Below are positions 30,868 through 40,199 of a stretch of DNA of 64,000 bases, one piece after another. The stretch is taken from positions 2,699 to 66,698 of the forward strand of contig JBAXUB010000003.1 of assembly GCA_037129895.1 (NCBI GenBank). Direction: 5' to 3'. This stretch comes from Candidatus Tayloriibacteriota bacterium (GTDB lineage: Bacteria > Patescibacteriota > Minisyncoccia > Phycocordibacterales > PALSA-1337). The notes under the pieces were generated by a model. The model was given only the letters and a program-made list of their open reading frames with translations, was not told the DNA's origin and ran no database searches. Position numbers and translations under genes: made by a program. The first letter of the stretch is position 1, and every line of letters begins with the position of its first letter.

Positions 30868-33674
30868 GGATAAGACGTAAAATAGCAGTTTCTTTTGTAT
30901 CTGGTTTCATTATTATTTTGTCGTTACTTATGCTGGTTCTGGGGGTTTACACTACGAGTATTATAAGGGCGAATGTATATTCGTATTTGCAGGCATCGAA
31001 TATCAGTAAAGCTGAACATTTGAAGACCTTCATTCAGGATCAACAGAAGACAGCGGTTATTTTGGCGGCATCATCTGTATATAGGGATTTCTTGTTGGAA
31101 CCTATAAATAGTAAACAATATAGTCTGTTGAAAGGCAAGATCGATAAACGTTTGATCAGAACGATAGAGTCTGACCCAGAGATTTATGAATCTATGATCA
31201 TAGATGCTCGTGGTGTGATCGTGGCTTCTTCAATCAAAACGAATGAAAAACTCGATAAATCTGGTGATGAATATTTCACCAAAGCCAAGGAAGGTGTATA
31301 TATCAAGGATATGTATTTTTCAGAGATAGATGGTCGAGTGAATTATACTGTTTCTGCACCGATCATCGCCGATGATGGGAAATTCTTGGGCGTGACGGTT
31401 GTCAGGTATTTACCAGAACATATCTATAAGATCGTAAATAGTAGTAGTGTGATCGGGCAGTCGGAGGAAAATCTACTAGTGAACAAGGATGGCCTATTCA
31501 TCACACCATCTGTTTTTCTGGGTTCTGAAGCTGTTTTGAAACAGAAGGATACTAGCCAGGTCAATGGTAGTTGTTCCGACCGTCGGGGTATCGATTCTGC
31601 TAGTAAGAGCGACATCAATATGCTGAAGGGTAGTCTGGCATCGGGTGTTACTGAGGTGACTGATTATCGTGGTGTACAAGTAGTTGAGACCAATGTGTAT
31701 ATACCTGACACGGGATGGTGTCTCATCACCAAGGTAGATGTCTCTGAAGCTTTGTCTTTCCGCTATAACATGATCTGGTATTATATATTGGCTGCACTAT
31801 TTGCAGAGATCATCTTCATTGCTGTTTCATACTATGTGTCAAGGAAGATAACCAGTCCTATTGAAGCTCTGCATGATGCTGTAGATAAGGTATCCCCATC
31901 CAGTCTAGATTTTAAGCCTGGGATTACTTCGAACGATGAGATAGGTAAACTTTCTGGCGCTTTCGGTGATATGGTCTTGGCTGTGAAGCAGGCCTTGAAT
32001 GATACCAAACAGAAAGTTATTGAACAGACCAGTGAATTGAATGCAAAAACTATTGAGGCTGATCTGCAGAAGACAGCTGTACTGAACATCCTCGAAGATG
32101 TCGAAGTGGAAAAGAAAAAAACGGAGCAATTGGCTAGTGATTTGCTAAAATTCAGACTGGCTGTAGATAATGCTATAGACCAAGTGGTCATAACCGATGT
32201 AGAAGGAATTGTTATATATGGGAATAGTGCAGTAGAGAAAATCACGGGGTATAAACCAGAAGAAGCTCTAGGCAAGAAGGCGGCAGTACTCTGGAAGGTA
32301 CCGATGCCTAATGATTATTACAAGGACATGTGGGATACGATAAAGATTCAAAAGAAACCATTCATAGGCGAGATACGTAATAAAAAGAAAAATGGCGATG
32401 TATACACGGCTATTATCAGTATTTCTCCGGTTCTCGATGATAAGGGTGACATCATCTTCTTTGTGGCCATTGAGCGAGATATTACAGATCGCAAGAAGAA
32501 TGAAGAACAGGTCAAGAAATTGCTAGCGGATACTCAGGAACAAGCAAAGTCATTGGATATAGCCAGATTGAAGGATGACGCGATCTTAGAAGGTATCGGT
32601 GACGGTATAATCACGACCAACGAAGACGGTATCATAACCTTGGTCAATGAGTCGGCATTGGAGATGTTCGGTTACAAGAGTGAGGAGATGATAAACAAAC
32701 AAGTCGTCGAGATAATGAGGATTACTGATGAGACAAGAGAAGAGATATCGATGAAACTCCGTCCTATAACGATTGCTCTCGAAACAGGAAAGAAAACAAG
32801 TGTTCCACTTGGCTCTACGTACTATTATAGTCGAAAAGATGGCACTAGATTCCCGTCAGGTATCACAGTCACACCGTTTAGGTTGGACGGCAAGATCATG
32901 GGTACGATCGAAGTATTCCGAGATATCACTATCGAAAAGGATATAGATAAGGCAAAGACAGAGTTCGTATCACTAGCATCTCATCAGCTTCGAACACCTC
33001 TGTCGGCTATCGGCTGGTATACAGAAATGCTCTTGGATGGTGATGCTGGTAAGATTTCAGTCAAGCAGAAGGATTATTTGAATGAGATATATAATGGCAA
33101 CAAGAGGATGGTCAATCTCGTCACATCCCTATTGAATGTATCGAGGATAGAACTTGGCACATTCTCTGTGGAACCAGAGCTGACTGATATTAGAGAGATA
33201 GTACAAAGCGTAGTTGATGAAATGAAACCTATGATCGTGGCGAAGAAAATGGATGTTAAGCTTGATATTGAAGAGGGTCTCGAAAAGATAATGGTTGATC
33301 AGAAACTCATAAGAATGGTTTATCAAAATCTGACCTCAAATGCGCTCAAATATACTGGAGAAGGAGGTCATATAACTATCGAGGTCAAGGTCAAGGACAA
33401 TGATCTGTTGAGTTCAGTCTCTGATAATGGTTTTGGGATACCAAAGAGTCAACAATCGGGAATATTCCAAAAGCTGTTCAGGGCTGATAATGCCAAGACT
33501 CAAGATGCAGATGGAACAGGATTGGGCTTGTATATAATAAAGTCGATAATAGAGCAATCAAGTAATGGCAAAATGTGGTTCGAATCCATTGAAAACAAGG
33601 GTACGACGTTCTACTTCACTATTCCAAAGAGTGGTGTAACTCCAAAGAAGGGCAGTCGACCATTGGGAAGTTAG
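30864..33674 (+). CDS. Sensor histidine kinase (Cache-HAMP-PAS-PAS-HisKA-HATPase)
   Basis: SHQLRTPL, NALKY, DNGFG, GTGLGL and two PAS domains ending RDIT. Confidence 0.95.
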   Translation: MRIRRKIAVSFVSGFIIILSLLMLVLGVYTTSIIRANVYSYLQASNISKAEHLKTFIQDQQKTAVILAASSVYRDFLLEPINSKQYSLLKGKIDKRLIRTIESDPEIYESMIIDARGVIVASSIKTNEKLDKSGDEYFTKAKEGVYIKDMYFSEIDGRVNYTVSAPIIADDGKFLGVTVVRYLPEHIYKIVNSSSVIGQSEENLLVNKDGLFITPSVFLGSEAVLKQKDTSQVNGSCSDRRGIDSASKSDINMLKGSLASGVTEVTDYRGVQVVETNVYIPDTGWCLITKVDVSEALSFRYNMIWYYILAALFAEIIFIAVSYYVSRKITSPIEALHDAVDKVSPSSLDFKPGITSNDEIGKLSGAFGDMVLAVKQALNDTKQKVIEQTSELNAKTIEADLQKTAVLNILEDVEVEKKKTEQLASDLLKFRLAVDNAIDQVVITDVEGIVIYGNSAVEKITGYKPEEALGKKAAVLWKVPMPNDYYKDMWDTIKIQKKPFIGEIRNKKKNGDVYTAIISISPVLDDKGDIIFFVAIERDITDRKKNEEQVKKLLADTQEQAKSLDIARLKDDAILEGIGDGIITTNEDGIITLVNESALEMFGYKSEEMINKQVVEIMRITDETREEISMKLRPITIALETGKKTSVPLGSTYYYSRKDGTRFPSGITVTPFRLDGKIMGTIEVFRDITIEKDIDKAKTEFVSLASHQLRTPLSAIGWYTEMLLDGDAGKISVKQKDYLNEIYNGNKRMVNLVTSLLNVSRIELGTFSVEPELTDIREIVQSVVDEMKPMIVAKKMDVKLDIEEGLEKIMVDQKLIRMVYQNLTSNALKYTGEGGHITIEVKVKDNDLLSSVSDNGFGIPKSQQSGIFQKLFRADNAKTQDADGTGLGLYIIKSIIEQSSNGKMWFESIENKGTTFYFTIPKSGVTPKKGSRPLGS

Positions 33675-33714
33675 GTGGTAATATAGACTATGAGGTGTTA
33701 TTATTCTGAAATAT

Positions 33715-34092
33715 ATGGGAAAAAATAAAAAAATATTGATCATCGAAGATGAGGAGACCTTGCGGAAAGCAGTAAAAGATAAGCTTGAGATAGCGTCGTT
33801 CTCGACTGTTACTTGTAGTGATAGTGTTGTGGGATTGGAGACAGCACTCAGAGATCATCCGGATCTAATATTGTTGGATATCGTTATGCCCAAGATGAGC
33901 GGTTTGGATATACTCAAGGAATTACGAAAAGATGTATGGGGTAAGACTGCAGAGGTTATCATGTTTACGAATTTGAGTGATGATCAGAGTATGGACGAAG
34001 CAAAGAGACTAGGAGTGAGGGATTATTGGGTGAAGTCTTCGTTGCGTTTAGATGATATATTAACAATGGTGAAATCAACACTTGGTATATAG
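33715..34092 (+). CDS. Stand-alone response regulator receiver
   Basis: LIIEDE, LDIVMP. Confidence 0.92.
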   Translation: MGKNKKILIIEDEETLRKAVKDKLEIASFSTVTCSDSVVGLETALRDHPDLILLDIVMPKMSGLDILKELRKDVWGKTAEVIMFTNLSDDQSMDEAKRLGVRDYWVKSSLRLDDILTMVKSTLGI

Positions 34093-34107
34093 GTGTTAAT
34101 AAAATTT

Positions 34108-34497
34108 ATGGATAAAAAAATAATTCTTGTAACTGAAGATGAATCGAGGTTGCGCAATGTCCTCAAGGACAAACTGACCCTCGAGGGTTTCATAGTTTTT
34201 GAGGCAAAAGATGGAGAGGAGGGATTGAAATTGGCACTCAGTGAATATCCAGATCTCATGCTCGTCGATATATTCATGCCGAAGATGGATGGTCTCACGA
34301 TGCTCCGCAAGATCCGTGAAGACAGTCGTGGCAAGAAGATCAAGTTCATCATCCTCACCAATGCTGATGAGACTGACAAGATTGCCGAGGCTATGCAGGT
34401 TGCCGGCGTAGAAGATGACAAGACATTCGATTATTATGTGAAGTCTGATATCAAGATGGAAGATGTGATAGCCAAGGTCAAAGGGAAGTTGGGGTAA
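34108..34497 (+). CDS. Stand-alone response regulator receiver
   Basis: LVTEDE, VDIFMP. Confidence 0.92.
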   Translation: MDKKIILVTEDESRLRNVLKDKLTLEGFIVFEAKDGEEGLKLALSEYPDLMLVDIFMPKMDGLTMLRKIREDSRGKKIKFIILTNADETDKIAEAMQVAGVEDDKTFDYYVKSDIKMEDVIAKVKGKLG

Positions 34498-34669
34498 TGA
34501 GTCACAAAAAAAATCGATAAAGGCAGACCTTTAGTGTTAGGAATATATCGTCAGTAGTGTAAGTGGTGGACATATAAACAAATATGTGGGACTATGTGGT
34601 CTGAACTGCTTTTTGACAAAAGCGCCGAGTCCCGACGGTAATTCGGGCTAAAACTAGTTAGGAGAGAAT

Positions 34670-35296
34670 ATGAAGAAACTAATATTAATTGGGGTGGTAT
34701 TTATATTTGTATCAGTGTTGACCGAAACTTTCGCACAGAACCTTATTCAAAATGGAAGTTTCGAATTTCCGGTAGTTGATCTTCAGCTTAGGGTTGATAC
34801 TGGAGCAACATGGCTTTCCGGTTGGGTTGTTGGTGGTACTGGTGATGTCTTTATTCACAATGGTCCGGCGAATGGTATTAACCAAGGTCCTGCTCAAGAT
34901 GGATTAAACTATTTGGATCTTAGTGGAGATGGACCGCCTCATGCATATGTTTACCAGGATCTTTCAACAGTTCCAGGTCTCACATATTCACTAAAGTTTT
35001 ATACTGGATCTTCAGGAGGCGTGTCGCCTATAATCAATATTCAACTTCAAGGAATGGGTATATTATTGAATACAAATCTAGCCCCTCTCGCACCAACCGC
35101 TGGTAAAATCAATTGGTTTGAGGAGACATTCTCCTTTGTATCCGATGCGAATTCAGTTCGACTTAGTTTCGTTGATACTTCAAGTTCAGACGACAACGCA
35201 AGTTATGTGGATAATGTTTCTGTCTCGATAATCCCTGAACCGACAACATTATTACCACTCGGATTAGTCGCCATGATCTTGTGGCGACGACGGTAA
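34670..35296 (+). CDS. PEP-CTERM surface protein with a DUF642-like jelly-roll domain
   Basis: Signal peptide, NLIQNGSFE...VDNVSV, C-terminal IPEPTTLLPLGLVAMILWRRR. Confidence 0.85.
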   Translation: MKKLILIGVVFIFVSVLTETFAQNLIQNGSFEFPVVDLQLRVDTGATWLSGWVVGGTGDVFIHNGPANGINQGPAQDGLNYLDLSGDGPPHAYVYQDLSTVPGLTYSLKFYTGSSGGVSPIINIQLQGMGILLNTNLAPLAPTAGKINWFEETFSFVSDANSVRLSFVDTSSSDDNASYVDNVSVSIIPEPTTLLPLGLVAMILWRRR

Positions 35297-35474
35297 TCAT
35301 TGTGTGAGTATTTTACATACAACCAGACGAAAGTTTGGTTGTTTTTGTTTGAATGCTGTCAGAATTAAGACTTGAAATTGAGAAATGTTTATTGATATAC
35401 TATTCCTATAAAATATTTTAAATGGGCCGATTACTAACAGAAATACCCGAGGGGTGTTTTTTAATGCAACAAAT

Positions 35475-35951
35475 ATGATTCAATTTACACAAGAAGAGTT
35501 TGATGTCGCTAAAACAACTGGTGAGGCGCTGTACAAAACATTTGTAAGTGTATACTGTCCATACTTTAAGGAAAGGGTATCTTTTAATTCAAAAGGTCTA
35601 GAACATCTTAGGCTAAAAAGTCGGAACAAAGCAAGACTCCCTGCTGATCAGTTTATGCGTTTTAAGTTGATTAAGTTAGCACCACTGATTTTAGTTTCAT
35701 CTGGCACACTCCAGGGTATTTGGCAGACAAATAAGTTTGAGCCCAAGAGGATGCATAGCAGGACTGAAAATGTTTTGTCACTAGTCAATTATTATGAATT
35801 TACTGCAGTTATTAAGAGAGATCGAGTAAAGATTATTGTTAAACAAGTTGATAATGGTGAGATGTATTTTTGGAGCTTGATCCCATTCTGGGGTATGAAT
35901 ACGGAATATATGGAGAGGATTTTACATGACGGTGACCTTGAAAATGAATAA
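35475..35951 (+). CDS. Hypothetical protein, possible BECR/RelE-like nuclease
   Basis: FNSKGLEHL, YYEF and VKIIVK..GEMYFWSLIP pattern; fold is inferred. Confidence 0.6.
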   Translation: MIQFTQEEFDVAKTTGEALYKTFVSVYCPYFKERVSFNSKGLEHLRLKSRNKARLPADQFMRFKLIKLAPLILVSSGTLQGIWQTNKFEPKRMHSRTENVLSLVNYYEFTAVIKRDRVKIIVKQVDNGEMYFWSLIPFWGMNTEYMERILHDGDLENE

Positions 35952-35952
35952 C

Positions 35953-36036
35953 AAAAAGCACCACGTTTCGGTGGTGCGTTTTGTTGGTGTCTGGTTACGG
36001 TTTAGAAACCGTGAGGGCGCGAACGCCCCAAACACC
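35953..36036 (-). ncRNA. Candidate structured small RNA convergent on the 35475 ORF
   Basis: TTGACA-16-TATACT promoter (36070-36043), three-way junction and intrinsic terminator. Confidence 0.6.
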
Positions 36037-36087
36037 ATTGAAAGTATACGCCAATTGGTATATGTGTCAAGAAGATGTAATAACTTG

Positions 36088-36159
36088 TTGCGGGGGCCGG
36101 AATCGCACCGACAATTTTCAGGTTATGAGCCTGACGGGTTACTGTTACCCTACCCCGCG
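36088..36159 (-). tRNA. tRNA-fMet(CAT)
   Basis: CGCGGGG start with C1:A72 mismatch; loop CTCATAA. Confidence 0.9.
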
Positions 36160-36305
36160 ATATTTTTCTAAGATTGGTCACCAACCTCACTTATCGGTCT
36201 ATTGTGCCATAAAAGGGGATTGGTTGCAAATGGTATTGTCAATGGGGTTGATTTATCGTCTTTTTTTCGCTATTGTATCTTGGTTGGGCAGGTGGGGTCA
36301 TGTTC

Positions 36306-36405
36306 GTTTGAAAATATATGTCGGCGTAGCTGTTGTAGTTTAGCCGGCACCAGGAGTATTGTAAGGTATGATGATATTAGTTTGAAAATATATGTCGGCG
36401 TAGCT
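36306..36405 (+). repeat. 26-bp direct repeat containing the tRNA 5' end
   Basis: GTTTGAAAATATATGTCGGCGTAGCT at 36306-36331 and 36380-36405. Confidence 0.88.
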
Positions 36406-36467
36406 CAGGTAGTTAGAGCATAGCATTCATAAAGCTAAGGTCGAAGGTGCAAGTCCTTCCGCCGACA
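36394..36467 (+). tRNA. tRNA with CAT anticodon (elongator Met or Ile2)
   Basis: GTCGGCG/CGCCGAC acceptor stem; loop TTCATAA. Confidence 0.9.
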
Positions 36468-36525
36468 CAATTCTGCATTATTAGTCCGTTGTTGTTTTAT
36501 AAAAACATTATAATATCTTTTTGAT

Positions 36526-37206
36526 ATGCCAATATTGAAATATGTAAATAAAGATTTCTTCAAATTATGGACTCCAACTATGGCTTATGTGCTGGGGTTC
36601 TTTGCTGCGGATGGGTATATGACATTGAATAAAAGGGGAGCGTACTTTTGGAATATTCAGATCACTGAGCGGGAGTTACTTCAAATGATCAAAGTGGTGA
36701 TCAATTCTCATCATAAGATAAGTGTGCGAAAAGGAAATGGTAGAGAGAAAGAGTTATATAGGTTGCAAATAGGAAGTAAAGAGATGTTTAACGATTTACA
36801 GAATCTCGGCTTTATTCCCGGAAAGACTTATAGTATGGCAGTGCCTAGTGTGCCAGCTAAGTTCTTTAGGGATTTTGTCAGGGGATATTTTGATGGTGAT
36901 GGAAATGTCTGGGTCGGGTATACTCATCGAAACAGGTGCACTAGACTTCTTACCCTATCTTCCAGCTTTACCTCATGTTCGAGGGCTTTTCTTGATGAAT
37001 TGAGATGTCGATTGAGACTATTTGGCCTAATTTCTGGTTCTGTATATACAGGAAAGGGTAAATTCTTTCGTTTGAAATATAGTGTACGTAGCTCTATGAA
37101 ATTATACGATTTCATGTATAATAGTCCACATCTGATACCAAGCAGGGATTTGTTCCTAGATCGAAAGAAGTCAGTCTTTGAAAGGTATCTGAAAATGCGC
37201 CCGTAG
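36526..37206 (+). CDS. Free-standing double-motif LAGLIDADG endonuclease-like protein
   Basis: AYVLGFFAADG and DFVRGYFDGDG; stop codon lies inside tRNA-Asp. Confidence 0.9.
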   Translation: MPILKYVNKDFFKLWTPTMAYVLGFFAADGYMTLNKRGAYFWNIQITERELLQMIKVVINSHHKISVRKGNGREKELYRLQIGSKEMFNDLQNLGFIPGKTYSMAVPSVPAKFFRDFVRGYFDGDGNVWVGYTHRNRCTRLLTLSSSFTSCSRAFLDELRCRLRLFGLISGSVYTGKGKFFRLKYSVRSSMKLYDFMYNSPHLIPSRDLFLDRKKSVFERYLKMRP

Positions 37207-37270
37207 TTTAGCTGGCTAAAACAATCCCCTGTCACGGGATAGACCGTGGGTTCGAGTCCCATCGGGCGCG
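37197..37270 (+). tRNA. tRNA-Asp(GTC)
   Basis: GCGCCCG stem; ATCCC CTGTCAC GGGAT; GGTTCGAGTCC. Confidence 0.95.
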
Positions 37271-37355
37271 CATAGATTTGAGATCAATAGGTAAGCCACA
37301 GAAAGTTCACGGGTCTAGAGGACTTGAGCTGTGGTATAATTTTTGTATAGAATTT
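37267..37355 (+). repeat. Direct repeat of about 88 bp, left copy, containing an extended -10
   Basis: CGCGCATAGATTTGAG...CTTGAGCTGTGGTATAATTTTTGTATAGAATTT; second copy at 42816-42903. Confidence 0.9.
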
Positions 37356-37362
37356 GGATTAT

Positions 37363-38556
37363 ATGAATATCTGCTATATTTATCCGGGGTATCCGCCAGA
37401 AAATCACTCAGGTGGCGTGGGTACTTTTATTGAGGAATTAGTTAAAACAATTTCTAAGTATGGGACGCATAAGATTGATATCATCTCTCGAAGTGACAAA
37501 TATTTCGATAGCATTGAAAATCTTTCGACTAATGTCACATTATATCGCTTAGGGGAAACCCCTTTAGCGGAAAACAGTCCTGTCCTGTTGTTTCGTAATG
37601 AAGGTTTTCTCCGCCATTATGAAAGAGTGTTAGAGGTTGTAAAAATGATTAATGGCAAAAATCCGATAGATGTAATTGAAGTTGCAGATTGGGGAGCTGA
37701 AGGATTTTTGGTATTGAAGCAATTTTTGGATATCACACTTGTGCGATGTCATACGCCAGCCTTTGTTTCGGAGAGCTATAATCCGAGTAGTAGATCATAT
37801 CTTTCGGACAACATAAAATCATCTGAAAAGAGTATGCTGTCAATCGCTAAACACATTGTTTGTCCCAGTAGAAGTCTCATAGATGAGATTGATAAGCGGG
37901 TACATATTGGTTGTGTACCAAAAATTGAGTTATATCCCCTTGATCTTGGTGATATTAGGACAAAGCAGGACTACGCAATAACATCGAATGAAATAAGATT
38001 GCTTAGCGTTGGTAGAATTGAAGAGCGAAAAGGACAGGATATCATATACCAGGCGTGTCAGCTTATTTCAGAACAAAACAAATATAATATTAGTCTGGAC
38101 CTTATTGGAGCAGATACATATGTCGGAATCAACATGCTATTTAGTAAGTACTTCATTGAGAAGTTAGTAGAAAAGCCGACGTTCAAATTTAGGTTGCTTG
38201 GTGAAATGTCTAGAAAAAAGGTTTTAGAAATATATCAATATTACGATATCTATATTGGTGCATCGAGATTCGATAATTACCCATATACACTTCTTGAAGC
38301 AATGGGCGCAGGTTTGCCGGTGATAGGGAACAACAATTCTGGGATCAGTGAAATAATGATTAAAAACATAAACGGTTTAACGTTTGCTGGTAACTCGACA
38401 GAGCTTGCGAATTCGATTAATACACTTATTCAAGATCAAAAATTACGTGCGTACATAGGAGAGAACGCGAGAAGTTTTATTGAGACAAAATTGACACCTG
38501 GTGTGGTTTATCGTAATGTAATTAGAACGTATCAAAATATATGCAAAAAAGAATAA
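37363..38556 (+). CDS. Glycosyltransferase family 4
   Basis: GGVGT, VGRIEERKG, DNYPYTLLEAMGAGLPVI. Confidence 0.92.
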   Translation: MNICYIYPGYPPENHSGGVGTFIEELVKTISKYGTHKIDIISRSDKYFDSIENLSTNVTLYRLGETPLAENSPVLLFRNEGFLRHYERVLEVVKMINGKNPIDVIEVADWGAEGFLVLKQFLDITLVRCHTPAFVSESYNPSSRSYLSDNIKSSEKSMLSIAKHIVCPSRSLIDEIDKRVHIGCVPKIELYPLDLGDIRTKQDYAITSNEIRLLSVGRIEERKGQDIIYQACQLISEQNKYNISLDLIGADTYVGINMLFSKYFIEKLVEKPTFKFRLLGEMSRKKVLEIYQYYDIYIGASRFDNYPYTLLEAMGAGLPVIGNNNSGISEIMIKNINGLTFAGNSTELANSINTLIQDQKLRAYIGENARSFIETKLTPGVVYRNVIRTYQNICKKE

Positions 38557-40193
38557 TTTCTCACAATAAAAACCTTGGAAAAAGACTAACTATGCAGTCA
38601 GATTTGCTGTTTTCAATTCACCATTTATTTCACAAAAAAGGTTTTAAAGAGATTAATACTCCAATATTAAGTTTTCCCACAAAGGAATATGGTGACGGTG
38701 AATTTGTTGTCGTGTCCAAGCTCCAGCCTGGAAAGTTCTATTCTCTTCCGCATTCTCCCCAATTGTATAAACAATATTTATTGGCTCGTTTTCCAGAACT
38801 GAAAGCATACTATCAGATAGCGTCAAATTTTCGACCTGAAATTGGTGATAATACACACGCACAAGAATTTCATCAAATAGATTTCGAAATTGCAAATTTA
38901 TCTCTGGACGATGTGCGACGAACTATTGAGCAAATTTGTAGTAAAGCTTTTTCACTTATTGACATTAGGCCGACCTATACCGTTATGAGATTTGAAGACT
39001 CTGTGTGTCTTTATGGCTCCGATTCGCCTGATCTTAGATACAGCGGTGGGGAATTTAGAAACGACGGAAAGGAAGTATATTTCGAAATACCAATTAGAGA
39101 TGTCCTAGATTTGCAGAAGTTGAAATCGCAGTTACGTGCAAGAACAGGTGTTAGTATGAGAATCGGACCAAAGTCATTTGTATTTGCGTCTCAAAAGGGT
39201 AACTTATATATACTAGGAGATTTCCGAAATAGGCTGATCAAAAATTATGTATTACGTCTACATTCTAAATGGTCATTCGTCTGGCTGATCGATTTACCTC
39301 TATTCAAGCGCGATGGCAATGGGCAAATTTCCACCTTTCATCATCCGCAAATGTCACCAATGAGTCATTATGCTTTTTGGAAAGCCGCAAAATCAAAAGA
39401 TATTAACGAAGTACTTTCTTTGAGGGGAAATGGATGTGAGCTCATAGTCAACGGAATGGAGCTTGGAGGAGGTAATGTTCGTAATAACGATTTAAAGATA
39501 CAAAAGGAAATTCTTAACATTTGTGGAGTAAGTGACACATCGCTTAGATCTACGTTTAAACCATTACTTGATATGCTCAGATCGCATCCGAATTACAAAA
39601 GCTCTGGAGCAGCTGTAGGCCTTGATCGTCTTATGATGTTATTAACAAAGAGCGATTCTCTTTCAGATAACCGAGCATTTCCACAAGATAATAATGGCAC
39701 GGAGTATTTCGGTGGCCCCTCAAACGTTTCTATGTCAGATTTACAGGAATTAGGTTTAGATTATGAACACCCGATAATAACCCAGTCACGGCAAACAGCA
39801 ATACGACTCGTTGAGGCAAATAACAATTTTATTCACGATCGAAAACATATACAGAATGTTGAGCAAAATGCAGTCGCGATCGCTATCAATGAAGGAGTTT
39901 TACCAGACGAAATACTCATTTTAAGACTAGCGGCGCATTGGCATGATGTCGGACGAAATGATTGGTTGCCACGTGAAATTGAACCCCACGCAGAAATTTC
40001 TATGAAAGCATTTAGAGAATGGGCGAATACGATGGGGATGCCAAATTCAGTAATTACTCCTGTTGAGTTATTGATAAAGGAACATGATGAACTATCGAAG
40101 ATCGAGCATCCTGATAAATTATTAAAAATCTTGCAAGACGGTGATAGGTTGGATGTTATTAATGTTGAGAGAGTGCAGAGGATATTGGCGTAG
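38541..40193 (+). CDS. AspRS-like class II catalytic domain without anticodon-binding domain, fused to an HD domain
   Basis: INTPIL, LPHSPQLYKQ, FRPE..EFHQIDFE, GSDSPDLR, ELGGG, GLDRL; HD motif H..HD..H..HD..DGDRLD. Confidence 0.85.
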   Translation: MQKRIISHNKNLGKRLTMQSDLLFSIHHLFHKKGFKEINTPILSFPTKEYGDGEFVVVSKLQPGKFYSLPHSPQLYKQYLLARFPELKAYYQIASNFRPEIGDNTHAQEFHQIDFEIANLSLDDVRRTIEQICSKAFSLIDIRPTYTVMRFEDSVCLYGSDSPDLRYSGGEFRNDGKEVYFEIPIRDVLDLQKLKSQLRARTGVSMRIGPKSFVFASQKGNLYILGDFRNRLIKNYVLRLHSKWSFVWLIDLPLFKRDGNGQISTFHHPQMSPMSHYAFWKAAKSKDINEVLSLRGNGCELIVNGMELGGGNVRNNDLKIQKEILNICGVSDTSLRSTFKPLLDMLRSHPNYKSSGAAVGLDRLMMLLTKSDSLSDNRAFPQDNNGTEYFGGPSNVSMSDLQELGLDYEHPIITQSRQTAIRLVEANNNFIHDRKHIQNVEQNAVAIAINEGVLPDEILILRLAAHWHDVGRNDWLPREIEPHAEISMKAFREWANTMGMPNSVITPVELLIKEHDELSKIEHPDKLLKILQDGDRLDVINVERVQRILA

Positions 40194-40199
40194 TATAGT

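Noticed and set aside
35926-36423. Several short ORFs
   Set aside because: They overlap tRNAs and the candidate small RNA.
38541-40193. Housekeeping aspS
   Set aside because: No anticodon-binding domain, altered substrate residues, an HD fusion and an island location.
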